A DNA stretch of 62,253 nucleotides, filler included. It is 12 parts of 12 records of this genome, joined end to end, with 100 filler letters (N's around TTAATTAATTAA, not from the genome) between each part and the next. Parts side by side here need not be neighbours in the genome. Positions count along the whole stretch, not along the records: positions 41,693 to 50,167 come from SRR7504441_6801; positions 50,268 to 58,365 come from SRR7504441_6803; 10 more parts are not named here. One strand, given 5' to 3'. Numbering within the stretch: the stretch's first letter is position 1; every line of letters begins with the position of its first letter. The notes under the pieces are model-generated. The model made no database searches, had not been told where the DNA came from, and saw only the letters and a program-made list of their open reading frames with translations. The position numbers and the translations under genes were made by a program. Shown one piece after another: positions 45,315 to 56,692 of this stretch.

Positions 45315-47115
45315 TCACTCGCTTTGGTCGTTAAGCACATTGATTGGAGGCAATGCCTCAAGCTCATCATAGCTTGGAAAGTGCGACAGCACCCTACTCG
45401 AGTTCCAACCGCATGCTACTTGCACAGGCTCAACGAGAACGCTGTGCTCGCCATCGCCGCCCTCAATCAGCTCAATTGTGTCTCGAATCAGCTGCATCAG
45501 CATCCGCCGACAGCTAGCCTCGTTCACATCGGACGAGCACTCGAGCAGCACCGAACTAGTGCAGTCGGCAGTTGTCCGTGATTCGTAGCCGTTACTAAGA
45601 GGTGGCACAGAGAGCACGAGCTCGCCGGTGCGGAACACCGGGCAGAGAGGGCTCTGCAACAGAGCGAGTGCGTGCTGCTTGAGGTGTGGGTCGGCCCTGA
45701 CACAGTGCGAGCAAAATTCGGTGGCTGTCATTCGACCTTTGGATTCCATCCAGCCAAGACTGAGTGGCTTGAACACCACTTGCTCGTGCTCCACGGCATC
45801 AAACTCGAGAGGCCACTCAGCGAGCGCGCTGGCATTGTGCGACCCGAGCGCCCCATTTCGCCGCTTATCGCCCAGGCCGGAGTCGGAGTGGATCCGGGTC
45901 TGGATCGAGATGAACTGTTGAAACCGGCTTTGGGCCGTCACCGCGGCCGTGTAAGCGCAGTCCTCTTCGCCGTCGGCTAGGTCAGGCAGCTTGGACTGGA
46001 CGAGCAAGTCTAGCGAGGCCTCAAACCGCTCTTGGTCGGCACCAGTAGGCAGCTCGCACTCTGGGGCGAAAAACAGCTCCGAGCAGCCCCCCGTGACGTG
46101 CAGCAAGCAGAAGCACACGTGCGGCCTGACAGAGAGCGCTGCTCGCGAGATCAGCACTGTCTGCAGTGTACTGGCGGCCGGCCTCTTGGGCTTGCCCTTC
46201 TTCCGTTTACCGCCTCCACTGGACTCCGCGGTGTCGTTCTCAGCAGGAGAGCCGCTGAGGGCTGGTGAAGGGTTGAAGAGCCTCGCAGGCGGCTCCCGAG
46301 GCACCAGCCGTGCCGACTGCTTAGCCTGCGCCTTGGAGCCTCCCCTGAGCTGTTTGAGAATCGGCTTGGCCTGCACCGAGTTGGCCAACTTGAGCAGTTT
46401 CTTGTCAGCCAGCGGATTGTTGCCCAGATCGAGTGTCTTGAGCTTGGCGCACCCATCGGCGAGCGAACCAGGGACAGATACAAGCTGGTTGCCGTTCAGG
46501 TCTAAGTCCTGCAGCAGTGGTAACCGCCCAAAGCCCGAATCCAGTTCGCCCGCCAGGCTGCAGCCGCGGAGCTGGAGCGTGCGGAGCTGGGGCATCGAAC
46601 AGCGGGTCCGGGATGGTCGTGATCGGATTTCCGGAGGCGATGAGCGTATGAAGCTCTGGCAGCATCCCCAGGGTGCCGGGTAGTGACGCCAGCTGGTTGC
46701 TGCTCAGGTTGAGCGTCTGGAGGTTAGTGAGTGCCACCAGCGCCCCCGGGAGGCTGCGCAGCGAGTTGCCATCCAGACTGAGCGAGCGCAGCCCTGGGAG
46801 GCCGCACAGGCAGACTCCGCCGGCCCAGTGCTCCCCGAGTGCGTTGTTGCTCAGCTGCAGGTCGCGCAGCTGCGGCAGCTCGGCCAGGTCCGGCCGAGGC
46901 AGCCGGAGCCCGAGCCCGCTCAGGTCGAGCGCGGTGAGCCCCGCGCACCGCCAAAGGTTGGGGTCGGGCCCGTGTTCGTGGCACTGGGCCTGGGCCTCCG
47001 CAGGGAGCTGCTTGGAGGCGATGAATGTGGTGCCCACGCCGTCCAGCTCCCAGGCGACCCCGCCATAGGCCTCGTGCTCTGCCGCATCCACAGCCTCCGG
47101 TATCTCACCGGACAT
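45315..47115 (-). CDS. LRRC47-like protein (LRRs + PheRS B3/4 domain) with an apparent frameshift at ~46595
   Basis: LRR consensus repeats, NPLADKKLLKL, VRPHV, FISIQTRIH..GDKRR..LGSHN, VLSVPPLSNGYESR, VLLECSS. Confidence 0.75.
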
Positions 47116-47265
47116 TCCTTCCCGCGGCCGGGAAGTACATTGCCTGCTGCAGCCGCTGCTGACAGTGCGGCGCGTAGCAAAGCTTGAGTCTAGGTCTGTA
47201 CTAGATAACTCACTACATGCACTTTAGTTGATCAAAGCTTTAGCTTGTAGCTCTACTACGTACGG

Positions 47266-48796
47266 CTAGTCCAGGTGGGTCCCAATCCCAAGCAGTGTGT
47301 CGCCCCCGAGCAGCCTCGGATCGCACTCGTGGCCCCGCACCGCCTCGAGCCTCTTGACTAGCCTGTACCCTCCCATCAGTATGCCCAATATCAAAGCCAT
47401 ACCCGAACCCCAGGCTGAGCAGCCAACTGACAAGTTCGCTCTGCTCCGCGAGCCTAACAGCCACCATTACGGGCTCGTCCGCTTCTCTTATAACAGCCTC
47501 CACCAGAGGCTCCAGCGCTCCTGAGCCCTCGAGCACCCCATTCGGCCACCAGAGCCCCACCGAACTCCCACCCGACCCACCGTCGAGCAGCACACCCCGC
47601 ACCCCGCCCTCGGCGCACAGCTCGGCCGCCCGATGGACCCGTCCCTCGCCCCAACCAGCAGCCCCAGCAGCCTTGAAGGCCTCCGCCAGAGTGGGCAGCT
47701 CCGCGCACCACTGGATCGCACCAGCAGGAGGCCCAGACGGCTCCAGCCGGAGCACCGCCACTGAGCCAGCCGGCAAGAACCCGGCCCGAAGCAACAGCTC
47801 GAGCGAGTTGTCAGATTCAACAAAACCGTGCACCTGACCATCACCGTTGGCTGCATTCGCCCGGTCGGCACCTGCTCGGGCCCACACTTGCTCACGAGCT
47901 CGTCCAAGACCATCGCAGCCACCCGCGGCATGCCCCTGCTCACCGCCAGGGATCGCAGCTCGCCGGTGCCTGTCAACGAGATGAACATATTATTAAGAAC
48001 AGCAATGCCTGGGCAGCAGCTGCCAAACCCGATAATATCCATCCCGCGCGCCACCACCAGTGACTCGGTCCGCCAGCCGACCGCCTCGGCCACCAGCCGC
48101 TCGGCCGGGCCCGGTCCGAGCCCAGCTGTTCGTTGGAGCAGCTCGACCGCCTGCCTCCTAGTCGGCCACAGTGATGGCGTTGGCAGCCACCTCAGCCGCA
48201 TGCTCCTCCCGGTGGATGGCCTGCGCCAGGCCGATCTCCTCGGGCTCCGGCTCCTCGACCGAAGAGTCGATCCGGCCGATCCGGGCCATGTCGGAACGAA
48301 ACCTGCCGGCCGCGTCATTCGTGCATAATTTCATCGGAAACCGGGCCCTCTGGTCCTCAGCCACCGCTGTGGCGACTTCCTTGGTTGCCTGGACGACGGT
48401 GACTGCGGTCTGGGCCACCTCGGCCGCCTTCTGGTTGCCCCAGGCCACCCAGTCGGTGGCCGAGCTGTTGCTGACGGAGGTCCGGAGCGAGCCGAGCAGA
48501 TTCCAAGCCGAGGGGCCACCGGGGACCGGCTCATCCTCCTCTCGCCGGTAGAGCCGCGGCGGCGTGGGGGCGGACGGCCCGGCAGTGGGAGCGGACGGCC
48601 CGGGAGGGCTGGCGGCGACCGCCTGGGGCGGCGGGGCCTGGGGCGGCGGCGTCTGAGGCGGCGGGGCCTGGGGCGGCGGGGCCTGGGGCGGCGTCTGGGG
48701 CGGCTGCTGTGTGGTCTCCGGCGGCTTGGCGGCCCGAGGCTTGGCGGATCCTGGCGGGAACGCGATCGGCATGGCACCCAATGAAAAGCTGCTCAT
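47266..48796 (-). CDS. Pro-rich N-terminus + probable tandem GNAT-like acetyltransferase domains, multi-exon
   Basis: IIGFG..GELRSLAVS..LELLLRAGF, and a second unit ..WLLSLGF. The 3' end depends on an inferred intron. Confidence 0.45.
48623..48705 (-). repeat. 15-bp coding tandem repeat (QAPPP/QTPPP)
   Basis: Repeated ggcggcggggcctgg units on the plus strand. Confidence 0.75.
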
Positions 48797-48886
48797 CAGT
48801 TTGAAGCAGTGCCGGACAAGCACAGCGTCCTCGCCGGGTGTGTCTGGGTTCCGCGGGCTCTTCCACACCTCGCACACGATCTAACG

Positions 48887-49628
48887 ATGCCACAAGAGAA
48901 GGTTGATTACAACGTCGAAGCCCGCAAGCTGTTTGCCCGCCTCAACCTGAGTCCGGACGGGGCGGCCAGCAGCTCGGCCAGCGATTACAACGACCTGGAC
49001 GCGGTGTTCGAGCACCCAACCTCCGGGGCTCGGGTGTTTATCGGCAACAGGACCGCCTGGTGACCGCGCACCTGGCGGCGCTGACTGGGGCCAGCTCCAA
49101 CCGGTCCATGCTCGCCAGGCACGGGATTGACCGGATCGTCAACTGCACGGACGACATGCCTAACGCCTTCGAGCAGAGCGACTCCCCCGTGCAGTACTTC
49201 CGGTGCGCGGCGCTACCCAGCGTCTGGAGTGTGGGGAAGGTTCGATATCTACCGTTACTTTAGCGTGCTCGATCTAAGCACGCACCACGGTGTGCTTGAG
49301 TTCTTCCAGCCGGTGTTTGACTGGATAGACGAGGCCACGGCAGAAGGGCACGGGGTGCTCATACACTGCCTGGCCGGAGCGCACAGGGCTGGCACCACAG
49401 GCTGCGCCTATGTGGTGACATGCCGGCCGTGGCCTGCTTGCCAAGTAAAGGGACAGATGCACGCCGCTGATCTGGACTACAGGAGCGCCATCAAGGCGAG
49501 TAGCGGCAGCGACAGCTTGAGGGTGGCGGCAGGTGTGCAAGAGATGCCGCCCAGTGGTCGACCCAATGGGCGATCTGACGGACTTACTCGCGCAGCTCGA
49601 TGTGGCCCGCCAAGGCGGCCGAGGCTAG
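48887..49628 (+). CDS. Dual-specificity protein phosphatase, multi-exon
   Basis: VFIGN, GIDRIVNCT, VLIHCLAGAHRAG (HCX5R), K|VCKRCRPVVDP. Stop TAG 49628. Confidence 0.88.
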
Positions 49629-49788
49629 CACTAAACTTAAAACAACTCCTGAAGTAGTAGTGTGTAATAGTGATATTAATCGCGTACGTTGCAAACGCGT
49701 CATATGGCATGCTTGATTGCGCGGTACAACAAATTGACAATGGTATGCATAGTAACGTACTCGTCTCATAATTATGAGTACAGGTTTA

Positions 49789-50167
49789 CTATGATTGATA
49801 CTTTTTGTGATTAATACTAGAAAGGAGATTGGGCTTCAGTTGGTTCGCAATCGGCGCGCTGATTGGTGGCCTGATTGATGGCGGCTTGCAATTGATTAAG
49901 ACTGGATTGACCTTAAGTTCCGCCGTGCCGATCTCAAGTACAGCCTCAGGCGTTGCATTTTCTTCCCTCGGCGCGGCCCTCCACAGGTACACCAGAGCCC
50001 CGACAACCACCATCGCCACGAGCAGCATCCCACAGGCCACAATTGCGATCACAAGCAGCATCATGCTCTCACTCACACTGCCGTCGCTGCCACCTGCTCC
50101 GCTGCCACCTGCTCCGAGGAGTTGCTGAATCCCAGTTGTGACCATGGTGGGCATCGGGCCGGTGTAG
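49789..50167 (-). CDS. C-terminal TM anchor of a type I membrane protein, 5'-truncated
   Basis: Hydrophobic MMLLVIAIVACGMLLVAMVVVGALVYLW followed by a short tail. Confidence 0.55.
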
Positions 50168-50267
50168 NNNNNNNNNNNNNNNNNNNNNNNNNNNNNNNNN
50201 NNNNNNNNNNNTTAATTAATTAANNNNNNNNNNNNNNNNNNNNNNNNNNNNNNNNNNNNNNNNNNNN
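50168..50267. other. Artificial contig-joining linker
   Basis: N44-TTAATTAATTAA-N44. Confidence 0.97.
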
Positions 50268-50357
50268 ATCCTTGGAGGATTAAATGTCCACTACTACGGT
50301 AGCGGGCTTACACGGCTTAAATCATTCTGCAATACAAATGTCGTTAAATTGAACGAG

Positions 50358-52976
50358 ATGCCGATGATGAGCACCAGTAGTGTGGCCGGGCTGGCGATAA
50401 CCCTGAGCTGCGTCTGGGCGGTGAGTCAGCCCGAGTTCGACTGCCCAGCCCGAGTCCTGGCCTGGGATCGGGCCACCCGGCTGCTCGGCCCCTCCAGCCT
50501 GGCTGGTGGTCTGCCCGCGGTTCACGAGGCGCTCCAGCTCGACAGCGCCTGTGGAATCCCTACCCCGGCAGTAGCGGCACCGCCAGTGCTGCCCGCCTGG
50601 CCGCGCAGCCGGCTGGCCACGCTACACATCAGCCCAGACGGGGACGATACCTCAGCCGATGGCAGTACGGACCGGCCTTACGGCAGCCTGGAAGCCGCCA
50701 GAGACGCGGCCAGGGTGGCCAATCGAGTGGGTCCAACCGTGGGCACGCTTGCGCTGGCGAGCGGGCGGTACGTGCTCGAGCGACCGGTGCGACTGGGACC
50801 GGCCGACAATGGACTGACAATCGAGGCGGCTGGCAACGGCCCGGTGGTCATCTCCGGTGGGCTACCGGTCAGCCTGCAGCTGGAACCGGTGCCGGCGGCG
50901 CTCGCAGCAGCAACTGGTTTGCCCCGAGAAGTGATGCGCGCGACCCTGCCTCGCGGGCTCGGGTCGGCGCTGAGCAGCCTTTACGAGGATCAAGACGCTG
51001 CTGACCCGAGGACTGGCTGCCGTCTGCCTTGGGCTCGCGAACCAAATGGTGAGATGGAAAGGGACCTCCAGCCGACGGGGATGGCGAGGGCTCAGGGCGA
51101 GGGGAGCACTCCGGCTGGGCCCGGGCTGGCCGGCGCGGTACATCTCGAGCTGACCACGCCGCTCCGGAATGACTCTGTCTACCCGATGTTCGGGAGGGAT
51201 TTTGACCCGAGAGATGTGCGAGACGGCAAGGTGGTCGGCTGGCAGTGGTATCACGTCGGCGGTAGCTCTGACCGGTTCGCTGACCGCTCGGGCTTTTGGA
51301 ACGGGACCGCGCCTACTAGTATGAAGTATGGTGACTCGAATGAGAGCATTGGGGACGAATGTCAGGTAACTGCAGGAGGACAGTGCAGGAGGTTTTCGCC
51401 ATTCCGTGGGGCGAGCAGATGGACCACTGCAGGTGCCGCTGGCGGGGTGGCTCACGTATTTCACAATGCGTATTGGGGCAATTGGCAGTTGCAGCTGAGC
51501 ACAGTGAATGCAACTGACAGCGAGATGCTTTTCTCACGTGGAGGCTTCCAGGAGGGGCATGGTGGCACGATCGGCACCCAGCCTTTCTTTGTAGAGGGAG
51601 TACGCGAGGCGCTTGATGCTCGCGGAGAGTGGTGGGTGGACAGATCGTCGGACACATTATATATTTATCCGAATACCACCCTGGAGATCGGGCAGGAGCT
51701 CCGGCTGATTGCTCCTCGATTGCAGCAGCTGCTGGTCATACAGGGCTTCTCGGGAGAATGGGTGCGGAACATCACTCTACGTGGCCTCACATTTGCACAC
51801 ACGAGCCCGACATACTTTGAGCCCTATACAGTGCCCTCTCCTGGAGATTGGTCTGTGCATGCCGGTGGGGCCGTCACAATCCAATCAGCGGAGGACACAA
51901 CTGTCGATCAATGCGCCTTTATAAGGCTCGGCGGCAATGCACTGGCGATACTTGGGCACGCCTGGCGAAGCACAGTGAGCACCAGCGAATTTGTGCTGAT
52001 CGGCGACTCGGCAATCATTACGGTTGGCGACCTTCAGCTGAACGATGGCGTCTCATCTTCTGATTATCCTCTTGACACCTCGATTGTGGGGTCGCACTTC
52101 CATGAGATCGGCGTCACAGGCAAGCAGACCGCGGCGCTCTTCTCCGCCACTTCCTGCCGCACTCGATTCGCCAACAACACCGCCTACAATGGGCCTCGAG
52201 CTGCTCTGAACTTGAATGATGGATTCTGTCACGGGCACACAATCGAGTTCAACCTGCTGTTCAATTGGGTCCGCGAGACGCAGGACCACGGGCCAATAAA
52301 CAGCTGGAACAGAGCCGCCTATGTGCATTCCAGCAGGGATGGGGCTATCACCAGTGTGCCAGAGTGGACGCATATCAATGCTAACCTCATCATGAACGGC
52401 CCGACAATCGGGCATACCTCTAGCCTCTTCCCCGCGGTGGACAACGACGATGGATCGGCATTCTTTTCGATCAGCGGGAACGTGATGTTGTACGGCGGTG
52501 GGAAGAACTACCTCGGACACGACAAGCGCTGGGTCGGCAATCTGATTCTCTTTCCAGATAGGTGGGCCGGCGACCCTTGCGTGATGATTTGGGGAGGTGA
52601 GTCGCACGTGTTTGAGTCAAACGAGTGTGTGCTTGGCAACGGCAGCGGCACCGGCGACAATAGTCCGTCTCCCGTGCCGGCTCTGCCAGATCCTGTGGGG
52701 CTGGACGGCACGCGCAGCGGAGCCAAGTGTCGGCTCGATTTTAGTCACAATACCACGGCAGCCATGGTTGGTCTGCTGGCCAATAACAGCTACTGGACTC
52801 AGGACGGATTGTGGAGCTTTGGGTGCGGCAATGCGACGAGCGACCAGCACCGCTGGACCATGAGAGAGCTAGAGCAAGCACAGGGGACTAGGCCGAGCGT
52901 TGTGAACAGAGCCGATCTGTTGACAGCCGAGGCACTTGATAGCAAAGCAAGGTCCCTCTTGGGCATGGCATTGTGA
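50358..52976 (+). CDS. Secreted right-handed beta-helix protein (GH141-like putative polysaccharidase), intronless
   Basis: Signal peptide, HISPDGDD..GSTDRPYGSLEAARDA, VISGG, WAREPNG, FFVEGVREALDARGEW, NGPRAALNLNDG, VRETQDHGPINSW. Confidence 0.75.
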   Translation: MPMMSTSSVAGLAITLSCVWAVSQPEFDCPARVLAWDRATRLLGPSSLAGGLPAVHEALQLDSACGIPTPAVAAPPVLPAWPRSRLATLHISPDGDDTSADGSTDRPYGSLEAARDAARVANRVGPTVGTLALASGRYVLERPVRLGPADNGLTIEAAGNGPVVISGGLPVSLQLEPVPAALAAATGLPREVMRATLPRGLGSALSSLYEDQDAADPRTGCRLPWAREPNGEMERDLQPTGMARAQGEGSTPAGPGLAGAVHLELTTPLRNDSVYPMFGRDFDPRDVRDGKVVGWQWYHVGGSSDRFADRSGFWNGTAPTSMKYGDSNESIGDECQVTAGGQCRRFSPFRGASRWTTAGAAGGVAHVFHNAYWGNWQLQLSTVNATDSEMLFSRGGFQEGHGGTIGTQPFFVEGVREALDARGEWWVDRSSDTLYIYPNTTLEIGQELRLIAPRLQQLLVIQGFSGEWVRNITLRGLTFAHTSPTYFEPYTVPSPGDWSVHAGGAVTIQSAEDTTVDQCAFIRLGGNALAILGHAWRSTVSTSEFVLIGDSAIITVGDLQLNDGVSSSDYPLDTSIVGSHFHEIGVTGKQTAALFSATSCRTRFANNTAYNGPRAALNLNDGFCHGHTIEFNLLFNWVRETQDHGPINSWNRAAYVHSSRDGAITSVPEWTHINANLIMNGPTIGHTSSLFPAVDNDDGSAFFSISGNVMLYGGGKNYLGHDKRWVGNLILFPDRWAGDPCVMIWGGESHVFESNECVLGNGSGTGDNSPSPVPALPDPVGLDGTRSGAKCRLDFSHNTTAAMVGLLANNSYWTQDGLWSFGCGNATSDQHRWTMRELEQAQGTRPSVVNRADLLTAEALDSKARSLLGMAL

Positions 52977-53181
52977 TTCTGCGATACTGCGGGCGAATTC
53001 GATGTCAAAACGGCCGAGAGCGTCATGATTACGTAGATTATTTATTTTTATTTTTGTTTATGATATTTTGTTGTTTTGTTCATGTTTTGTTTCGATTTGG
53101 CTGTATTACGGAGCTGGCGCCGAGCAACGCAACAATGCCTGACGAGCCTAGATCCATTCGCAGTCCAATCTACAACACACA

Positions 53182-54210
53182 TCAAAATCGGCTGTGGTTG
53201 TGCACAAATGTTGTCAGAAAGCTCCAAACCCACTCTCGAAACCCGGCATCCGACGCTAAAGGGTTCGTCAGCCGGCCCTCCATCTTAACATTGAAGTAGG
53301 TCACCGGCCGGCGTACCGCATTGGGTGAGCTGAGGATTTGCGCATGAATCTCCCCCGATCGGTTCACTGGCATTCCAACGATCCTGTCACCGGCAGCCAG
53401 GAATGGACGCAGCCACCACGGGAAAGTCTTGGAGTGCATCACAAGCCCATCACCGACCACGCCCGGCCAAGTGCCAATGAGCGTCACGTTAGGCCGCAGC
53501 AGAGTGGCCAGTCGAGCCATCCAGGCGTCCCCAAGCACACCTGCCGCACCAAGGATCTCGGAAAGTCCATACTTTTTCCGCTGGCCGGTGGCGATTTCCT
53601 TGATTGTCTGGGCATCCGGCGCCGGCGGGATCTTCACTGTGGAGCCTAGCACGCTGAGGACCCGGCCGCCCGGGCTGAACAACGGAAGTAGCTCGCGTGT
53701 AATCAGAAACCGAGCCAGAACGTCCAGCGCCAGCACCTTATCTAGTCCGTCTGCGGATAGCGGCTGGCTGCGGTCCGGCCAGATCCCCACCGTGAGTACA
53801 GCCAAGTCAAACCCAAACCCAGCCGCCTTGATCCGGCCGGTGAGATTGAAGCAGCCCTCCACCGTGAGCAGATCTGCCAGGTAACTTCCGAAGCGCTGAC
53901 CCGGCCGGGCGGCGGCCAGCCTCATCTGCTGCACGGTGTCCGCCGCCTTTGCGGGCGAATGGCCCACGACGGTCACGTCGCTGCCGGCCCGCGCCAGTCG
54001 GAGCGCGGTGGCCTTGCCTATCCCGTCGGTGCCTCCCACCACAAGCGCCCGCCGGCCTGCGAGCCGCTTGGCCAGCTGGGCGACGCTGGCCGGCTCGACG
54101 TCCCCGACTGCCGGGTCCGGCGGGTAGAAGATCCGATCCGGCCACGGAAGCCCAGCCGCCACCTGTGCGAGCGCTGCTGCTGCCATCAGCGCGCCGACTA
54201 GCTGATGCAT
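53182..54210 (-). CDS. Short-chain dehydrogenase/reductase with signal peptide, intronless
   Basis: ALVVGGTDGIGKATA, ADL, DGLDKVLAL..RFLI, WPGVV. Leader MHQLVGALMAAAALAQVAA. Confidence 0.8.
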   Translation of the reverse strand: MHQLVGALMAAAALAQVAAGLPWPDRIFYPPDPAVGDVEPASVAQLAKRLAGRRALVVGGTDGIGKATALRLARAGSDVTVVGHSPAKAADTVQQMRLAAARPGQRFGSYLADLLTVEGCFNLTGRIKAAGFGFDLAVLTVGIWPDRSQPLSADGLDKVLALDVLARFLITRELLPLFSPGGRVLSVLGSTVKIPPAPDAQTIKEIATGQRKKYGLSEILGAAGVLGDAWMARLATLLRPNVTLIGTWPGVVGDGLVMHSKTFPWWLRPFLAAGDRIVGMPVNRSGEIHAQILSSPNAVRRPVTYFNVKMEGRLTNPLASDAGFREWVWSFLTTFVHNHSRF

Positions 54211-54319
54211 TGCACTGCTGTGCGGCACCACCCCCAAGGCCCAACCTGCTGGCAGGCCAACGGCAACTGAACAGGCCGACTGGCGAGGCAGACTCCCACC
54301 CCCGGCCAGCTCAAACAGC

Positions 54320-56345
54320 ATGCGCAGCAAGCGCGCCCGTCCGGTAGTGGAGGCCACCTATCCGGTGGAGCGGATCGTGAGCCGGCGTGAGCGCCAACCA
54401 GCTGGCACCGAGTACTTGATCAAGTGGAAAGGATACCAGAGCGAGGATAATACCTGGGAGCCGGCCGACCACTTGCCGGGGCTCCTGGTGGACGCGTACA
54501 ATAAGAGGCGCTGCCGAGCCCGGCCAGCGTCAAAGGACGGCGCCACCGCTGCGCTCGCCAAGGAGCCGCGCGTCGAACAGACCCCTAGCGAGGGAAGTCG
54601 GAACTCTGGATTCGGGACGGGGTCCAACAGAGAGGGGCCGCAAACCAGGCGCGCGAGGCTGGAGCGCGAAGATGGCTCGGAGCAGAGTGCTCGTCGCGAG
54701 AGTGCGCCGCCGGGCTATGCAACGCGCCAGCATGTGCAGGTAGACCAGGGACGGCTTGCCTGACCCACCTGTATAGGTGAGACGGGAGGTGGGAAATAAC
54801 CAATGGTACGACGCCATCGTAACAGAGGCCCGGCAACCAATCATTGACGCCTGTTGGGAGTACAGCCTTTTTTATTTTGATGGACAGTATCACAAGAACA
54901 CCAAGGATGTAGGTGGCTGCATACGCACACCATCTTTAGCCCCGGGCTACGGAGTGGAGAACTTTTTAGGGCAACAGAGTTTTGATCTGCTAGAGGACAC
55001 GCTAAGGAAGTCAGACTGCAGCGCACTGCTTAAAGCTGGCTGCTGCCTCCAGATGGCCTTTTTAGACGCGAATACTGGAGATGCTCAAGATGTAGGAGAA
55101 ACCGTTGTAGATTTCAGTGTCGCACATCTTGCAGTGGATGAAGAGCACGAGGAGCGCCAGCTGGTGCTCTACCAGAGAAAGGCTGAGCAACGCACAGAAG
55201 ACACCTCAGCAGAACTACAGCGATTGTACCAGAAATATTTGCTGGACCGCAAGCTTGAGAGATTTCAACAAACGGATGCTGGTATCCATAATAAGCTTGT
55301 GCACTTTGTGGAAACCTGTGTAAGTAAGGATTTCAATAGAAGGCAAGGTGAGATTGCAAGGTGTATCGGAGAGAACCCTTCTCTGCTCAGCGGATGGGTG
55401 CACAATAATCTTCGTGAACGTCAAAAAAGTGGGAAGTGGGAAGAAGTACAAGATAGGGTAGACAAATCTCTGTTGAATCTATTGAACTCTCAGAAGAATG
55501 GCGATGATGAAGAAGAGTTCCGGCCAGAGCTGGCAGAAAACAACCTTGCACTTGCGGATGAGGCTGAGCTTCACTCAGAGCCAGAGAAAGCCAACGATAA
55601 GGCTGAAGATATCTCGTGTACTCGCTCTTCGCCATCTCGTGACCAGCTTGAGGCAGCGGTGCAGAAAGCTACGAGTGCAGCTGCGGCGGAGAATGCACGG
55701 CTTGAAGCAGAAGTGACCGAAGCTAAAAGGTCGGCTGCAGAGGACAAGACACAATTTGAGGCAGAGAAGGCGCAGCTCGAGGCGGAGAAGGCACAACTTC
55801 AGGCAGAAGTGGCTGAATCTAAAAGCTCAGCTGCTGCGGCGAAGACACGATTCGAGGCAGAGAAGGCGCAGTTCGAGGCAGCACTAGCTCAAGCTAACAG
55901 TCTGGTCGCGGCGGAGAAGACGAATCTTGAAGCAGCGTTGACACTAGCGCGCGAGAAGGCGCAGCTTGAGGCAGAAGTGGCTGAAGCTAACAGGTCGGCT
56001 GCCGTGGAGAAGTCACAATTTGAGGCAAAGAAGGCGCAGCTTGAAGCGGCAGTTGCTGAAGCCAATAGTGCGGCTGCAGCTGAGATGGCACAACTTGAGG
56101 GTGAGAAGGCACAGCTTGAGGCATCAGTGGCTCAAGCTAATAGTGCGGCTGCAGCCGAGAAGGCACAGCTTGAGGCAACTTCGGCAGTAGCGCAAGCGCG
56201 CTTGGAATCAGCAAATGGAGAGCTGGCGAGAACTCGAGCAGCGTTAGTGGCAGCTGAACGCGCGGCGCACGACCTCACCCAGGCCCATATGAAAGCAGTC
56301 GGGATCATGCTGACTGTGCATCCAACCCCGTCGAATTTGCAATAA
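54320..56345 (+). CDS. Chromodomain protein with Tudor-like segment and repetitive coiled-coil tail
   Basis: YPVERIVSRR..EYLIKWKGYQSEDNTWEPADHL. Intron 54740-54776, then QWYDAIVTE..YSLFYFDG, then AAAEKAQLEA repeats. Confidence 0.8.
55680..56180 (+). repeat. Coding imperfect tandem repeat (AAAEKAQ[LF]EA..VAEAN)
   Basis: Repeated gagaaggc[ga]cagcttgaggca units. Confidence 0.75.
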
Positions 56346-56692
56346 TTTGCGCCAGTGCAATTACACTTGGGCATTAATGCAATGAGCGCGCCGGAGCCAA
56401 AGACGCATGCCTTTAGCATGCTCTGAGCAAAGAAAGCAAATAACAACATCCCGTGAATCGAAATAAATTATTTACGTACGTATCTAGGATCTAGGACTAG
56501 TATAGCTAGGACATGCATGCTTGTGCAACACGCTACAATCATGTAGTAAACCTATCGCCACACGATGTTCACATCCTTGAACTTCTTTTGCAGCTTTTGC
56601 AAGCTGTGCGACGTCGTCACTCGGATCCTTGCATCCTGAAATACACCACACGCTCACGACTAAGATTAAACATGTATATTGAAGATATGCAG

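Noticed and set aside
54320-54520. Chromodomain as part of a chromovirus LTR retrotransposon
   Set aside because: It is N-terminal, and no integrase, RT or LTR is present on the contig
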